In this document: positions 1 to 9,841 of the stretch, piece by piece
Layout of the letters: every line of letters starts with the position of its first letter
Position numbering within the stretch: the stretch's first letter is position 1
Assembly (NCBI GenBank): GCA_965221165.1
Contig: CBDCRP010000002.1
Coordinates: 768,001-832,000, forward strand
Length of the DNA stretch: 64,000 nucleotides
Direction: 5' to 3'
From: a bacterium
GTDB taxonomy: Bacteria; UBA8248
The notes under the pieces: generated by a model
Told to the model about the DNA's origin: nothing
Databases searched by the model: none
The model's input: only the letters and a program-made list of their open reading frames with translations
Made by a program: the position numbers and the translations under genes

Positions 1-936
1 TCCGAGCCTCTCCCCGACCTCGGGCCACCATAGTGAAACCCACGCGCCGCAAGTCTCGCCCTCGACGTTCAGGCCGTAGTCCCTCCTGTAGTGGCGGATG
101 AGATCGACCGAATCACGGTAGGTCACATGACAGATCAGGAGCTCCGGCAGGCCGACCTCCTTGGCCAGCCATAGGACCGTTTGCAGGTCGAGGGACTCGA
201 CGATGCCCGGGCGCGACTCCTTGAGCCCGATGGGCCCCGCGAGACGCTTGTCGGTCTTGGCGCGCCCCTCAACCTCCCGGGTGATTTGCTCCTGCAACCC
301 GAAGTTCACCGTGTTCGCATACGCCAGGACCCCCAGCTCCTTGCATTTCTTGAACAGCATCCACATTTCCGCCGGCGTCAAGGCCGCCGGCCCCTCGAGG
401 CCCGTCCAGAACTTGAAGGAAGAGATCCCGAGTTCCTTGTGGTAGTAGGGCATCTCATTTATCTGATCCTCGTTCTCCATCAAGAGGTGGAAGGCGAAGT
501 CGGTCGTCGAATTTTCTTCGGATTTCTCAATGACCTCGGGGAAGATTTTCTTGTACGAAGCCTTCCACATGTGATGCACCATCCCCGGGCCTTTCGCGTA
601 GAAAAGCTCGCCGTCTCCGGTTCTCTCCTTCCATCCCTCCATGTTTTTGATGCATCGGTCCAATAGGACAACCGTTGTCGTCGTCCCGAGAAAGGCCATA
701 CACTTGGACTCCGACTCCATCTCGTTGTAGAACTCATTGAAATGTCCATAGTGCATATGCGTGTCGACACAGCCGGGGAACACGTGTTTCCCCTTCGCGT
801 CAATAACCTTCCCGGCCTCCGGCAGTCCTCGGCCTATTTGGACGATCTTTTCTCCTTCGATGGCGATGTCGGCTTCGAGGATACCGAATTTGGGGATCAC
901 GAGCTTTCCATTTCGAACGACGCAATCTACGGCCAT
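1..936 (-). CDS. Cyclic amidohydrolase (dihydropyrimidinase/dihydroorotase-like), runs off the window start
   Basis: Manual translation, absent from the ORF track: MAVDCVVRNGKLVIP...IDAKGKHVFPGCVDTHMH...SSFKFW...LICHV. HxH motif and carboxy-Lys position present; frame open to base 1. Confidence 0.8.
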   Translation of the reverse strand, partial: MAVDCVVRNGKLVIPKFGILEADIAIEGEKIVQIGRGLPEAGKVIDAKGKHVFPGCVDTHMHYGHFNEFYNEMESESKCMAFLGTTTTVVLLDRCIKNMEGWKERTGDGELFYAKGPGMVHHMWKASYKKIFPEVIEKSEENSTTDFAFHLLMENEDQINEMPYYHKELGISSFKFWTGLEGPAALTPAEMWMLFKKCKELGVLAYANTVNFGLQEQITREVEGRAKTDKRLAGPIGLKESRPGIVESLDLQTVLWLAKEVGLPELLICHVTYRDSVDLIRHYRRDYGLNVEGETCGAWVSLWWPEVGERLG

Positions 937-1058
937 GAGTGCGGCCCCCCTATATGTGGCCTTGCGGTATTGAATTCGAGCGTATCGGGCTTTCGAATTT
1001 CCGGACCCGCCAGGCGGGCGCGTTTCAGGTTTCCGTTTCCCGAATCGAATGCGGAAGT

Positions 1059-1994
1059 TCAGGAAGACGGATCGAGATGGACGGTTGTCCGCCACCCCGG
1101 GTAGAGGGTGGATTCTCCCCGGGCGATTGACAAATAGAGTTCCCGAATCTGGTTCGTCAAAGGACCTTCCTTCCCATCCCCCACGGGGCGCCGATCCACG
1201 GAGAGGATAGACCGGATCTCGGCGCCCGAGCCGCAAAAAAAAGCTTCCTCTGCCAGATAGATCTCCGTCCGATCAATCGGCCGTTCCATGACATCGCGTC
1301 CGAAATATTCCCGGAAGAGCTGGATGAGGGTGGCCCGCGTGATCCCTTCCAGGATCCCGGCCGTAACGGGGGGAGTGAGAACCGTACCTTCGCGCACCAG
1401 AAACAGCGTGGCCCCCGGCCCTTCGGTCAATTGCCCCGAGGAGTTTAACATAATGACGCTGTCGTACCCATCCCGTTTGGCCTGGATCAAGGGCAGGCGG
1501 CTGTTTTGGTAGTTTGCAGAAGCTTTGATGCGGGGAGGGAGTACGTCATCGCTGATACGTCGCCAGGAGCTCACGGAACAGTGAAGCCCTCCGGACACGC
1601 CGAAAAGGTTGCGGGACGGGATCATCACGATGCCCACCTTCACCGGGCCGGTGGCCTCGATGGGTCCCAGGCCTCCGATCAGGAGATTGAGCCGAACGTC
1701 GACGTCCTCCCGAACTTCGTTGGCCCGGAGGAGCTCTCGGATCTGATCCTCCAGCGCACGCGGATCCGGGGAAAAGTCATAGGCGGCCAGAAGGGCGGAC
1801 TGGGCCAAGCGCCGCAGATGCGCCTCCAGCCGGAAGAGGTGAACGATTTCCCCGCGAGCGTTCCAGTACCCCTTGATCACCTCGAACAAGGAAGATCCGT
1901 AGCGAACGGCCGGCGATTGAATGTGGATCCTGGCCTCCTCGTAGGGAACCACAACGCCGTTCATCGAGGCGTATCGGGGGCCCGTCGCAGCCAT
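1059..1994 (-). CDS. Class IV PLP aminotransferase (branched-chain/D-amino acid type)
   Basis: YGSSLFE, LFRLEAHLRRL, IKASANY (PLP Lys), EGPGATLF, GILEGITR motifs. Confidence 0.9.
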   Translation of the reverse strand: MAATGPRYASMNGVVVPYEEARIHIQSPAVRYGSSLFEVIKGYWNARGEIVHLFRLEAHLRRLAQSALLAAYDFSPDPRALEDQIRELLRANEVREDVDVRLNLLIGGLGPIEATGPVKVGIVMIPSRNLFGVSGGLHCSVSSWRRISDDVLPPRIKASANYQNSRLPLIQAKRDGYDSVIMLNSSGQLTEGPGATLFLVREGTVLTPPVTAGILEGITRATLIQLFREYFGRDVMERPIDRTEIYLAEEAFFCGSGAEIRSILSVDRRPVGDGKEGPLTNQIRELYLSIARGESTLYPGWRTTVHLDPSS

Positions 1995-2433
1995 TCTTCA
2001 CTTCCTCCTACTGAGTTTGCCGCCAATCCTTCCCCGCGGCGGGAGATGAGACCCCTGCACGGGATGAAGGGCGGTGAGGCGAGGGCCGGGGCTTGCCGGC
2101 CTCTCCGCCGGGCACCCGCAGTTTGGCCCCCCGCTTGGACGCATGGTCGGCCCGATCCGGGCTTTTCCAGCGTGATTCCCACCAGCAATTTAGCCGAGAT
2201 CCGGATTTTATTCTATCCGAGAGTTTTCCGAATATCCATCCAGCGGAAATCGGTATCTATAACCGGATCGCGGAGAGATTTCTCGGGCCGCGCTTCAGGA
2301 TTTCGCTGCATAAGAGGGATACAACACGAAGTTGAGGTTGCGGCGATACAAGCGGATTTGGTATTCTCAATAATATCTGTTACAAAATTTTGCTTCGTAA
2401 ACATCCGAAGGTGAGAATCTGAGGTCGGCACTC

Positions 2434-3516
2434 ATGGCAAAGATCGACCTGGAGAAGCTAACCAAAGACTTCGGCAGCTTCCGGGCGGTCGACGACCTTG
2501 ACCTCGAAATCGTCGACGGCGAGTTCATCGTATTCGTCGGCCCCTCGGGCTGCGGGAAGACCACGACCCTGAACATGATCTCGGGCTTCGAGCAGCCTAC
2601 CGCAGGCTCCGTCAAGATCGACGGGACCGTGGTGAACGACATGGAGCCCGGGGAGCGGGACCTCGGGATGGTCTTCCAGAGCCTCGCTCTGTTCCCCCAT
2701 ATGAGCGTGTTTGACAATATCGCCTTCGGTCTTCGAATAAAGAAGGTGAGGGAATCGGAGGTGAGGGAGCGCGTTCGCGGCGTCGCCGAGACCATGAAGA
2801 TTTCCTCCCTCCTCTTGAAGCGACCGGGCCAACTCTCAGGCGGAGAGGCCCAGCGCGTCGCCCTCGCCCGGACCGTGGTGAACAACCCTTCGGCATTCTT
2901 GATGGACGAGCCGCTTTCCAGCCTAGACGCCAAGCTTCGCGTGGAGATGCGCACCGAACTCAAACGCCTCCACTCCACCTTGGGAACTACCTTCATCTAC
3001 GTCACACACGACCAAGCGGAGGCCATGACGATGGCCAATCGGATTATGGTCATGAAGGACGGTCGCATTCAGCAGATCGGCGACCCGCTGTCTATCTATA
3101 ACAATCCCCGAAATATGTTCGTCGCGGGGTTCTTTGGGGTCCCGTCCATGAACTTCATTCACGGCCACCTGGAGGCCCAAGGTGGCACGGTCCGATTCAA
3201 GGCGAATAATCTCATGTGCACGCTCGAAGGGAGAGACATGGGGTCCGCGCTCGACGGGCGCGCTGTGAGCGTCGGCGTGCGTCCCGAGAATGTCCAACTG
3301 GTGGGGAGTGGCGGCGTCTCGGTGGGGACCGTGAACCTCATCGAGCCTCTGGGCGATGAGACTCTCGTTTTCATTGACTACGGAGGCGATGAGACGCTCA
3401 TCACGAAGGTCGAGGCGTCTCACGGCGCACGGCCGGGCGACAGAGTAAACATCGACTTCAAGCGCGGAGAGGTGCTTCTCTTCGACGGCGACACCGAAGA
3501 GCGCATCGTATTGTAG
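2434..3516 (+). CDS. MalK/UgpC-type ABC ATPase (no adjacent permeases)
   Basis: GPSGCGKT, LSGGEAQR, MDEPLSSLD, YVTHDQ; C-terminal TOBE-like region. Confidence 0.92.
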   Translation: MAKIDLEKLTKDFGSFRAVDDLDLEIVDGEFIVFVGPSGCGKTTTLNMISGFEQPTAGSVKIDGTVVNDMEPGERDLGMVFQSLALFPHMSVFDNIAFGLRIKKVRESEVRERVRGVAETMKISSLLLKRPGQLSGGEAQRVALARTVVNNPSAFLMDEPLSSLDAKLRVEMRTELKRLHSTLGTTFIYVTHDQAEAMTMANRIMVMKDGRIQQIGDPLSIYNNPRNMFVAGFFGVPSMNFIHGHLEAQGGTVRFKANNLMCTLEGRDMGSALDGRAVSVGVRPENVQLVGSGGVSVGTVNLIEPLGDETLVFIDYGGDETLITKVEASHGARPGDRVNIDFKRGEVLLFDGDTEERIVL

Positions 3517-3855
3517 CCGGGTTCGATCTTTCCCTTCAGCGGTATCGGTTTCCGTTGGATCGCCCGCGCGCCGGCGTGGCGGTTCTCGTAAATACCCGCC
3601 ATCCGCCGGCCGGTCCGGGGCGTCCCTCGCACAGGATCCCTCGAATCTCATCTGGGTCAGACGCGCTCCTGCTTCCCGCTAATTGGTCTGCTCTCCCTTG
3701 AAGTACACCGCCGCCATGCGGAAATGAATACCCCTTTCCCCAGCGCCGGCAGGTGGCGGGCCGGCAGTGTAAGATGGAGAATGCGCACACTTATGAATTC
3801 GACCCTCCTGTTCCGCAAGGAGGGAATCCGTCTTCAGCCCTCGGAGGAAAATACC

Positions 3856-4863
3856 TTGGTCATCGACCCCCACGCCCACATCATTCCGCAGAGCTTCATC
3901 GACGAAGTGCGCGCCAGGAAGTTCGGCTCGTCCATTTCGATCGAGCAGGGTGAAAAATGGGAACTGCTCGTCTCGAGAACCACTGTCCTCGGGGTGGAGC
4001 GCGCCCACCGTGACCCGCTTCCCCGGGAGACCTGGGACGCGGAGATGCGCCTCCAGGACATGAAGAACATGGGGGTGGACAAGCAGATCCTCTCGGTCGT
4101 TCCGCCAATTTCCAATTACGGCCTGGACGCGGAGCTGAACAAGGAGCTGGCGGCTTCTCTCAACGACGCCCTTGCCGATCTTGCCCGGGAAGTTCCCGAA
4201 AATTTCCACTGCATGGCCACCGTCCCCCTTCAGGATCCCCAAGCAGCGGCGAATGAACTTGGCCGTGCCGTGGACCGTGGCCATATCGGCGTCGAAATCG
4301 GCTCGAATGTGGCGGGGAAGAATCTGGACGATCCGGCCCTCGACGTCTTTTGGGAGAAGGTCGCCGCCCTCGACGTTCCTGTCTTCATCCACCCGGTGGA
4401 CGCAATGGGCGTGGACGATCGCCTGAAGGACTATTACCTCCAAAACTTCATCGGGCTCCCCCTCGACACCGCCGTCGCCGTCGCCTGCCTCATCTTCGGA
4501 GGGGTGCTGGATCGCTTCCCCGACCTGAAGTTCCTGCTGGCCCACTTTGGCGGCTTCACCCCCTGGATCCGCGGCCGGTGGCAGCACGGCTACGGTGAGC
4601 GCCAGGAGCCCAAGGTGCGCGGTGCGAAGGCGCCCGAGGAGTATTTCAAGCGGTTCTATTACGACACCATCATCCACCACCCCGACTGCCTCGAGTTCGG
4701 CGTCAAAACCCTGGGCGCCGACATCGTCCTCTACGGGACGGATTATCCCTTCGATATGGGGAACCGGGGCCCGGCCCGGGAGATCCCCGGCCTCGCGCGG
4801 CTCCCCGCCGCCGATCAGGAAAAGATCCTCTCAGGCAACGCGAGGAAGCTCTACAAGCTCTAG
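3856..4863 (+). CDS. Amidohydrolase_2 family (ACMSD-like decarboxylase/hydratase)
   Basis: IDPHAH, VFIHP, AHFGG, YGTDYPF; start moved to TTG 3856 behind GGAGG. Confidence 0.85.
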   Translation: MVIDPHAHIIPQSFIDEVRARKFGSSISIEQGEKWELLVSRTTVLGVERAHRDPLPRETWDAEMRLQDMKNMGVDKQILSVVPPISNYGLDAELNKELAASLNDALADLAREVPENFHCMATVPLQDPQAAANELGRAVDRGHIGVEIGSNVAGKNLDDPALDVFWEKVAALDVPVFIHPVDAMGVDDRLKDYYLQNFIGLPLDTAVAVACLIFGGVLDRFPDLKFLLAHFGGFTPWIRGRWQHGYGERQEPKVRGAKAPEEYFKRFYYDTIIHHPDCLEFGVKTLGADIVLYGTDYPFDMGNRGPAREIPGLARLPAADQEKILSGNARKLYKL

Positions 4864-5724
4864 AACCCATCTCAAAATTGTTTCAGCAGGATGAGCGTAC
4901 AAGCGAGTTGAACGAACCCGAGGAAGTTTTGCGCGTAGTACTCCCGGCGAACCAGTATCCGGCGGTGCCACTAAATCCAGGGGAAAAAGCGTTCCACCAG
5001 CCACCGGCGCTGAGAGCGGCGCAACCTGCGCCGGTTTGTACGATTCGGCGCGATCATCTCGATTCCCCGCTGGCGAAGCTCCTCGTCCAGCTTGTCGCTG
5101 TCGTACACCTCCTCGCCGATCAGGTTCTCCGGCTTCGCTTCGATCATGTAGAAGTCGAACGTCAGCTGCACCAGGGTGACTTCATGGTGGTTGGCCGCGT
5201 GGGCGCTCGTCGCCAGCGGCAGCCTGTGCCGATCCACGATCCCCATGATCTTCACGCCTTTTCCGCGCTTGGTGGGGCCGACCCCCCTACCTCCGCCCTT
5301 GGCCGGGGAGAACATCACGTCCACAAAACACTCTGACTCATCGATCCCGCACTGCTCTCTCAATTCGTTGGCCAGCGCACACAAGATCTCCCGCAGAACT
5401 TTCTGCTCACACAACCGCTGAAAGCGACGATGCACCCTCTTGTAGTTTGGGTAACGCTGGGGAAGCATACGCCACTGGGCGCCTGTGTTGAAAATCCAGA
5501 GCATGGCCTCCAAGACGCACCGCGCGGGAAGCGGCTTGCGGGGCTCCCCAAGCGGCCTGCCGCTTGGAGTCCCCTTGCGCCCCGGCCGGCCGCCAGGAAT
5601 GTTCTATTCCGGAAAATGCGGCCGAATCCTTTCCCACTGGGTATCTGTCAGGGTGATGGCCATGCACCATTGTACCCATGAACAATTCCTGACTCACTAA
5701 AAATCTAATTTTGAGATAAGTTCT
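4862..5724 (-). mobile_element. Degenerate IS5-family element
   Basis: Terminal IRs agaacccatctcaaaatt (4862-4879) and aattttgagataagttct (5707-5724), 16/18 match. Transposase remnant MAITLTDTQWERIRPHFPE*...TGAQWRMLP...RWLVERFF has an in-frame stop. Confidence 0.85.
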
Positions 5725-5943
5725 TAATGTTGAGGGGAATTTTTGAAGATTTTAGCAACTTTAAAGGTTTAGAAGGCAGTTACTACGATACATAAACATG
5801 AGCCAAATCTCTCGGGTCCCTAGGGAACGAAAGATTCGGAGGTTTGAGGCCATTAAAAAGGGGTGCCACCCCCCTAAATTGGCCAGAGGAGCTGAGAGCC
5901 CTACATAGTCAGTTCGCCGCAAACGGTCGGCAAGATTCGATTA

Positions 5944-6400
5944 GGGCTATAGCTGAATGTTGTGTACGGTGTTGAGAAAGAGGGCGGCGTATCCTGGTGA
6001 TTGTCGAGATCACCACTTGGAAGAGACCAAGGAAAGGATACGCCATGAAGGAAGATACAGTTGTTGCCTTTCGTTCCCCAGATGATTTTCAGGAGGATCC
6101 GTTGACGGAGGTATTGCGGACCGGCGCCCGCAAGCTTCTGGCCCAGGCGGTGGAAGCCGAGGTCGAGACGTTTCTGGAAATCCATGGGTCGCTCGTCGAT
6201 GAGGCGGGCCGGCGTCGGATGGTGCGCAACGGCTATCTGCCGACCGAAGCGCGGCATCCAGATCGGTGCGGTGAGCGTTCGCCAGCCCCGAGTCCGCGAC
6301 CGCGGGGCGGTCGGGGACGGCCCGGCGATCCGTTTCACATCGGTGATCCTGCCGCCCTATATGCGCCGCACCAAGAGCCTGGAAGACCTTCTTCCCTGGC
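5944..6400 (+). mobile_element. IS256-family transposase 5' fragment, frameshifted and truncated
   Basis: ATG 6045: DPLTEVLRTGARKLLAQAVEAEV...VRNGYLP, continuing in another frame as QPRVRDR...ILPPYMRRTKSLEDLLPWL. Confidence 0.8.
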
Positions 6401-6523
6401 TAAATTTCCGGGAAGCGCCTCCAGTGGGTACCGCTTCACGGATGGGGTGCCAACAACTCGGGCCCCCTTCGGCCCGGGAGAGGACCCCCTGCAGAGCCCA
6501 GTCCTTAGCCGAGCGGCTGGTCG

Positions 6524-8059
6524 CTACTTCTTCACGACGATCTCCCAGGGGTGGAGTTGCTCGTCGTGACGGGCGGTGAACTCGATCCGCTTGCTGACGC
6601 CGAAGATGTCGTGGAGCCGGTAAAGGGGCTTGTGGGTAGCCAGCTCCTTCATCATGTCGGAAACCTTCTCGAAGGCAGCTTGCTGCTTCTTCAGGTCCTC
6701 GGTCGCGAGCGCCTTGTCGATTGCCTCGTCGAGCTCCTTGAAGCAGGCGCCGCTCCAGGCCCCCCGGCAACTGGTGGTGCCGCGGAGGATGGTGCTGTTC
6801 TCGCCGCTCGAGTTCCCGAAGGAGAGGAAGTACATGGCGGGCGTCTTGTTCTTCCCCGTGACGTATGTGTTGAAGCTTCTGCGGTAGAGAGCGAAAGGCT
6901 GCGCGAGGCATCGGGTATTGATCTTGACCTTCGTGAGCATCGAGGCCGCGGCTTCGCAACTCTCCTTGTCGAAGGGAGAGTTTCCGTGCGGGCTGATGAG
7001 GTCAGCTTGAAAGCCCTTCTCGTAGCCTGCTTCCTTCATGAGTTGCCGGGCCTTCGCGAGATTGAATCCGTACCACCGCTTCTTCGGGTTGTAGCCAAAC
7101 TGGGTCCAGGGATGGAAAATTTGGTGGGCCGGCTCGGCGTAGCCCTCAAGGAAGGTCTTGTACATCGACTCGGCGTTCAGGGCGTAGTTCGCGGCCTTGC
7201 GCACCCGAACGTCCGCGAAGGCCCCCCCCTGCGTGGTGAAGAAGCCGATGTAGGCGATTCGCACGGAGGACTTGGAGGATACGTACAGATTGGGGTCCTT
7301 CTCGATTTCTGGGATGAAGTGGGGGAGCACCTTATGGGAAATGTCTATCTCGCCCGCCTGAAGAGCCTTCACGCGCGTGGTGGCCTCCACGATGGGGCGC
7401 ATGATGACCCGCTGCGGCCGGTTGGGGAACCGGTCGTTCGCCCACCAGGTGTCGTTTGCCTCAAACTCGAATCGCTGGCCTTTGGTCCAGCGTTTGAGGA
7501 TGTAGGGGCCACCGGCGATGAGATCGCGGGAGATCTCGGGCAGGCTCCTGCCCTTGTTCTTCAGGGAGATGGCGTGGCCCCAGGTCGTGAGGCGCGGGAT
7601 GAGGCCGTTGTCGGGCACCTTCATGCGGAAGACGAACTCGCGCTCGTTGAGAACGTCGATCCCGTCGAAGTCCTTCCAGTAGGACCGTTGATAGCTCCTG
7701 TTGGCGGGGTCCACGATCCGCTCGAAGGAGTATTTGATGGATGCGGAGTCGATCGGCGTGCCGTCCCGGAACTTCATGCCCTTTCGGAGGGTGAATTTTG
7801 TCCGCTTCGAATCCAGCCGTTCATATTTCTCGGCCAGCCAGGGGATGATTTTCCCCGTTTTAGTGTCGGAGATGACGAGCTTGTCCGCGTGCCAAGGCCA
7901 AACCATGGCCCCGATGAAGCTGGAGTAGACGTGGGGGTCCATGGTCTCCGGCTCGCCATTAATGGCGATGGTGATGGTGCCCCGAGCAGCATGGGCCGGA
8001 GTGAGGGAGATGAGCACGGCGGCCACTAGTAAAGCGATTGCGAGCAAGGATTTGCGCAT
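6524..8059 (-). CDS. ABC substrate-binding protein, family 5 (DppA/OppA-like)
   Basis: Signal peptide MRKSLLAIALL...AHA; PWLAE, FTLRKGMKFRDG, GPYILKRW, RVRKAANYA. Confidence 0.9.
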   Translation of the reverse strand: MRKSLLAIALLVAAVLISLTPAHAARGTITIAINGEPETMDPHVYSSFIGAMVWPWHADKLVISDTKTGKIIPWLAEKYERLDSKRTKFTLRKGMKFRDGTPIDSASIKYSFERIVDPANRSYQRSYWKDFDGIDVLNEREFVFRMKVPDNGLIPRLTTWGHAISLKNKGRSLPEISRDLIAGGPYILKRWTKGQRFEFEANDTWWANDRFPNRPQRVIMRPIVEATTRVKALQAGEIDISHKVLPHFIPEIEKDPNLYVSSKSSVRIAYIGFFTTQGGAFADVRVRKAANYALNAESMYKTFLEGYAEPAHQIFHPWTQFGYNPKKRWYGFNLAKARQLMKEAGYEKGFQADLISPHGNSPFDKESCEAAASMLTKVKINTRCLAQPFALYRRSFNTYVTGKNKTPAMYFLSFGNSSGENSTILRGTTSCRGAWSGACFKELDEAIDKALATEDLKKQQAAFEKVSDMMKELATHKPLYRLHDIFGVSKRIEFTARHDEQLHPWEIVVKK

Positions 8060-8311
8060 GACTTTGTCCCTTTCTTCTTCGCGGACTCGCCCTCCCAATG
8101 GAGGGCTCTTCCGACGGCGTGAAGGCAACTCCTGAGATGAGAACCGCTGGCGGAATGTCCTTTTCATCTAGGGGAATTGCATGCGAACTTTCGTGGTGGC
8201 AACCCTCTCCTCGGCCTTTGAACCGAAGCACCCCCCCGCCGGGGGCTCGGGCCTGGTCCATATCCTCCCAGGAAGGCACGCTATCCTAACGTAAAATGGT
8301 CTCCATAATTA

Positions 8312-8376
8312 AGTTTATCGTATAGAATTTCCTGTGTCAACCCCCTTTTCCTGATGTGCAAAAGGGGGTTGACACA
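8312..8376. promoter_or_regulatory. Divergent sigma70-like promoters within a perfect 17-bp inverted repeat
   Basis: Minus strand TTGACA (8340-8335)-N17-TAAACT (8317-8312); plus strand TTGACA at 8369; IR arms 8333-8349 and 8360-8376. Confidence 0.6.
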
Positions 8377-8863
8377 TTATGAAATAAAATGAAATAATCA
8401 ATGTCTCTTCAAGTAGAGGAGCGAAAAATGGCTGCAGGATCGGAGGGACAAAAAAGACCTGGCGACGCGGTAGATTGCGCCGTTTAGGGTAGCGAGGATC
8501 GCAACGGGTGAAATCACCGAGTCTCAACCCCCAGCCAGATAATCGCCCGCAAGGACGGCAAGGCGAGGTCAGACAAACTCTCACCAGAAAGACGAAAAGA
8601 AATTGCGCAAATCGGAGAGAAGGTGCGCTGGAAGAAACGCAACGCGGCAGTTTGAAATTCCCTCATAAAATTTCAAGCTGAGACACTACCCAGCGATAAG
8701 CGCGGAAAACCTGGGATGTGGCGCCTTCGCGCGGCTCCGGAGGCGGCGCGTTGACGGGAGGGATTGGATGGGGGAGAATTTTGGAAATTTCTCGAAATTG
8801 CGGAAGTTTTTAGCACTTCCACGAGTCCACGACAAGCGAACCGCGATCCCCAGAGGCGAGTAG

Positions 8864-9805
8864 ATGCGCGTCTATATCATTCGGCGATGCCTGCAGGCCA
8901 TCATCGTCATGCAGATCGTCCTCCTCATCGTCTTCCTCATGCTGTATCTGACGGGGGACCCGGCGGCGATGCTGATGCCGATCGACGCCGCGCAGGAGGA
9001 CCTCGACCAGTTCCGCAAGATGATGGGCTTCGATCAGCCCTTCCACGTTCAGTACTACCGCTTCCTCTTCGGGCACGGCCGGACCCACGGGGTGCTGCGG
9101 GGCGACTTCGGCTTTTCCTTCCGCCACGAGCTGCCCGCGATGGCCCTCGTGTTGCAGCATTTCCCGGCGACGCTCCAGCTTGCCTTCGCCTCGCTCTTCA
9201 TCGCGCTGATCATCGGAATTCCGACCGGGTTGCTCTCAGCCACGTTCCGCGGGACATGGATCGATCACGTGAGCACCGTGGGTGGGACGATCGGCCAGTC
9301 GATGCCGGACTTCTGGCTGGGCCTGATGTTGATCATACTCTTCGCGGCGCGCCTCCGGTGGCTACCCACCTCGGGCTACGAGGGGCCCGAGTACATCGTT
9401 CTGCCAGCAATCACTGCGGGCACCTACGCCACGGCGCGGTTCATGCGCCTGATGCGCTCGGGTATGCTCGAGGTCCTGCGGATGGACTACATCCGCACGG
9501 CTCGGTCCAAGGGGGTGGATGAGACTCGCGTGGTCTTATACCACTCCCTCAAGAACGCCTCCATCCCGGCGGTGACGCTGGTGGGCCTCGAATTGGGGAT
9601 CCTGCTCGGCGGAACCGTCGTCATCGAGACGGTCTTCGCCTGGCCCGGGGTGGGTTACCTGGTGGTGGACGCAATCAACCACCTGGACTATCCGGTGGTG
9701 CAGGCCGCGGTGACGCTCCTGGCTTTCCTGTTCGTTCTCGTGAACCTTGTGGTGGACATTCTCTACGCTTGGCTCGATCCCCGCATCTCCTACGCCAACG
9801 CCTAG
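8864..9805 (+). CDS. Peptide/nickel ABC permease (DppB-like)
   Basis: GDFGFSF, DYIRTARSKG EAA loop, DYPVVQA, LDPRI. Confidence 0.92.
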   Translation: MRVYIIRRCLQAIIVMQIVLLIVFLMLYLTGDPAAMLMPIDAAQEDLDQFRKMMGFDQPFHVQYYRFLFGHGRTHGVLRGDFGFSFRHELPAMALVLQHFPATLQLAFASLFIALIIGIPTGLLSATFRGTWIDHVSTVGGTIGQSMPDFWLGLMLIILFAARLRWLPTSGYEGPEYIVLPAITAGTYATARFMRLMRSGMLEVLRMDYIRTARSKGVDETRVVLYHSLKNASIPAVTLVGLELGILLGGTVVIETVFAWPGVGYLVVDAINHLDYPVVQAAVTLLAFLFVLVNLVVDILYAWLDPRISYANA

Positions 9806-9841
9806 CGGGGAGCGCCGGCGAAGAGGACCGGGAGGGAATAC

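Noticed and set aside
8640-8692. cagtttgaaatt...aatttcaagctgagacactacc as a mobile element end
   Set aside because: A short palindrome is visible, but there is no partner end or second copy in the window
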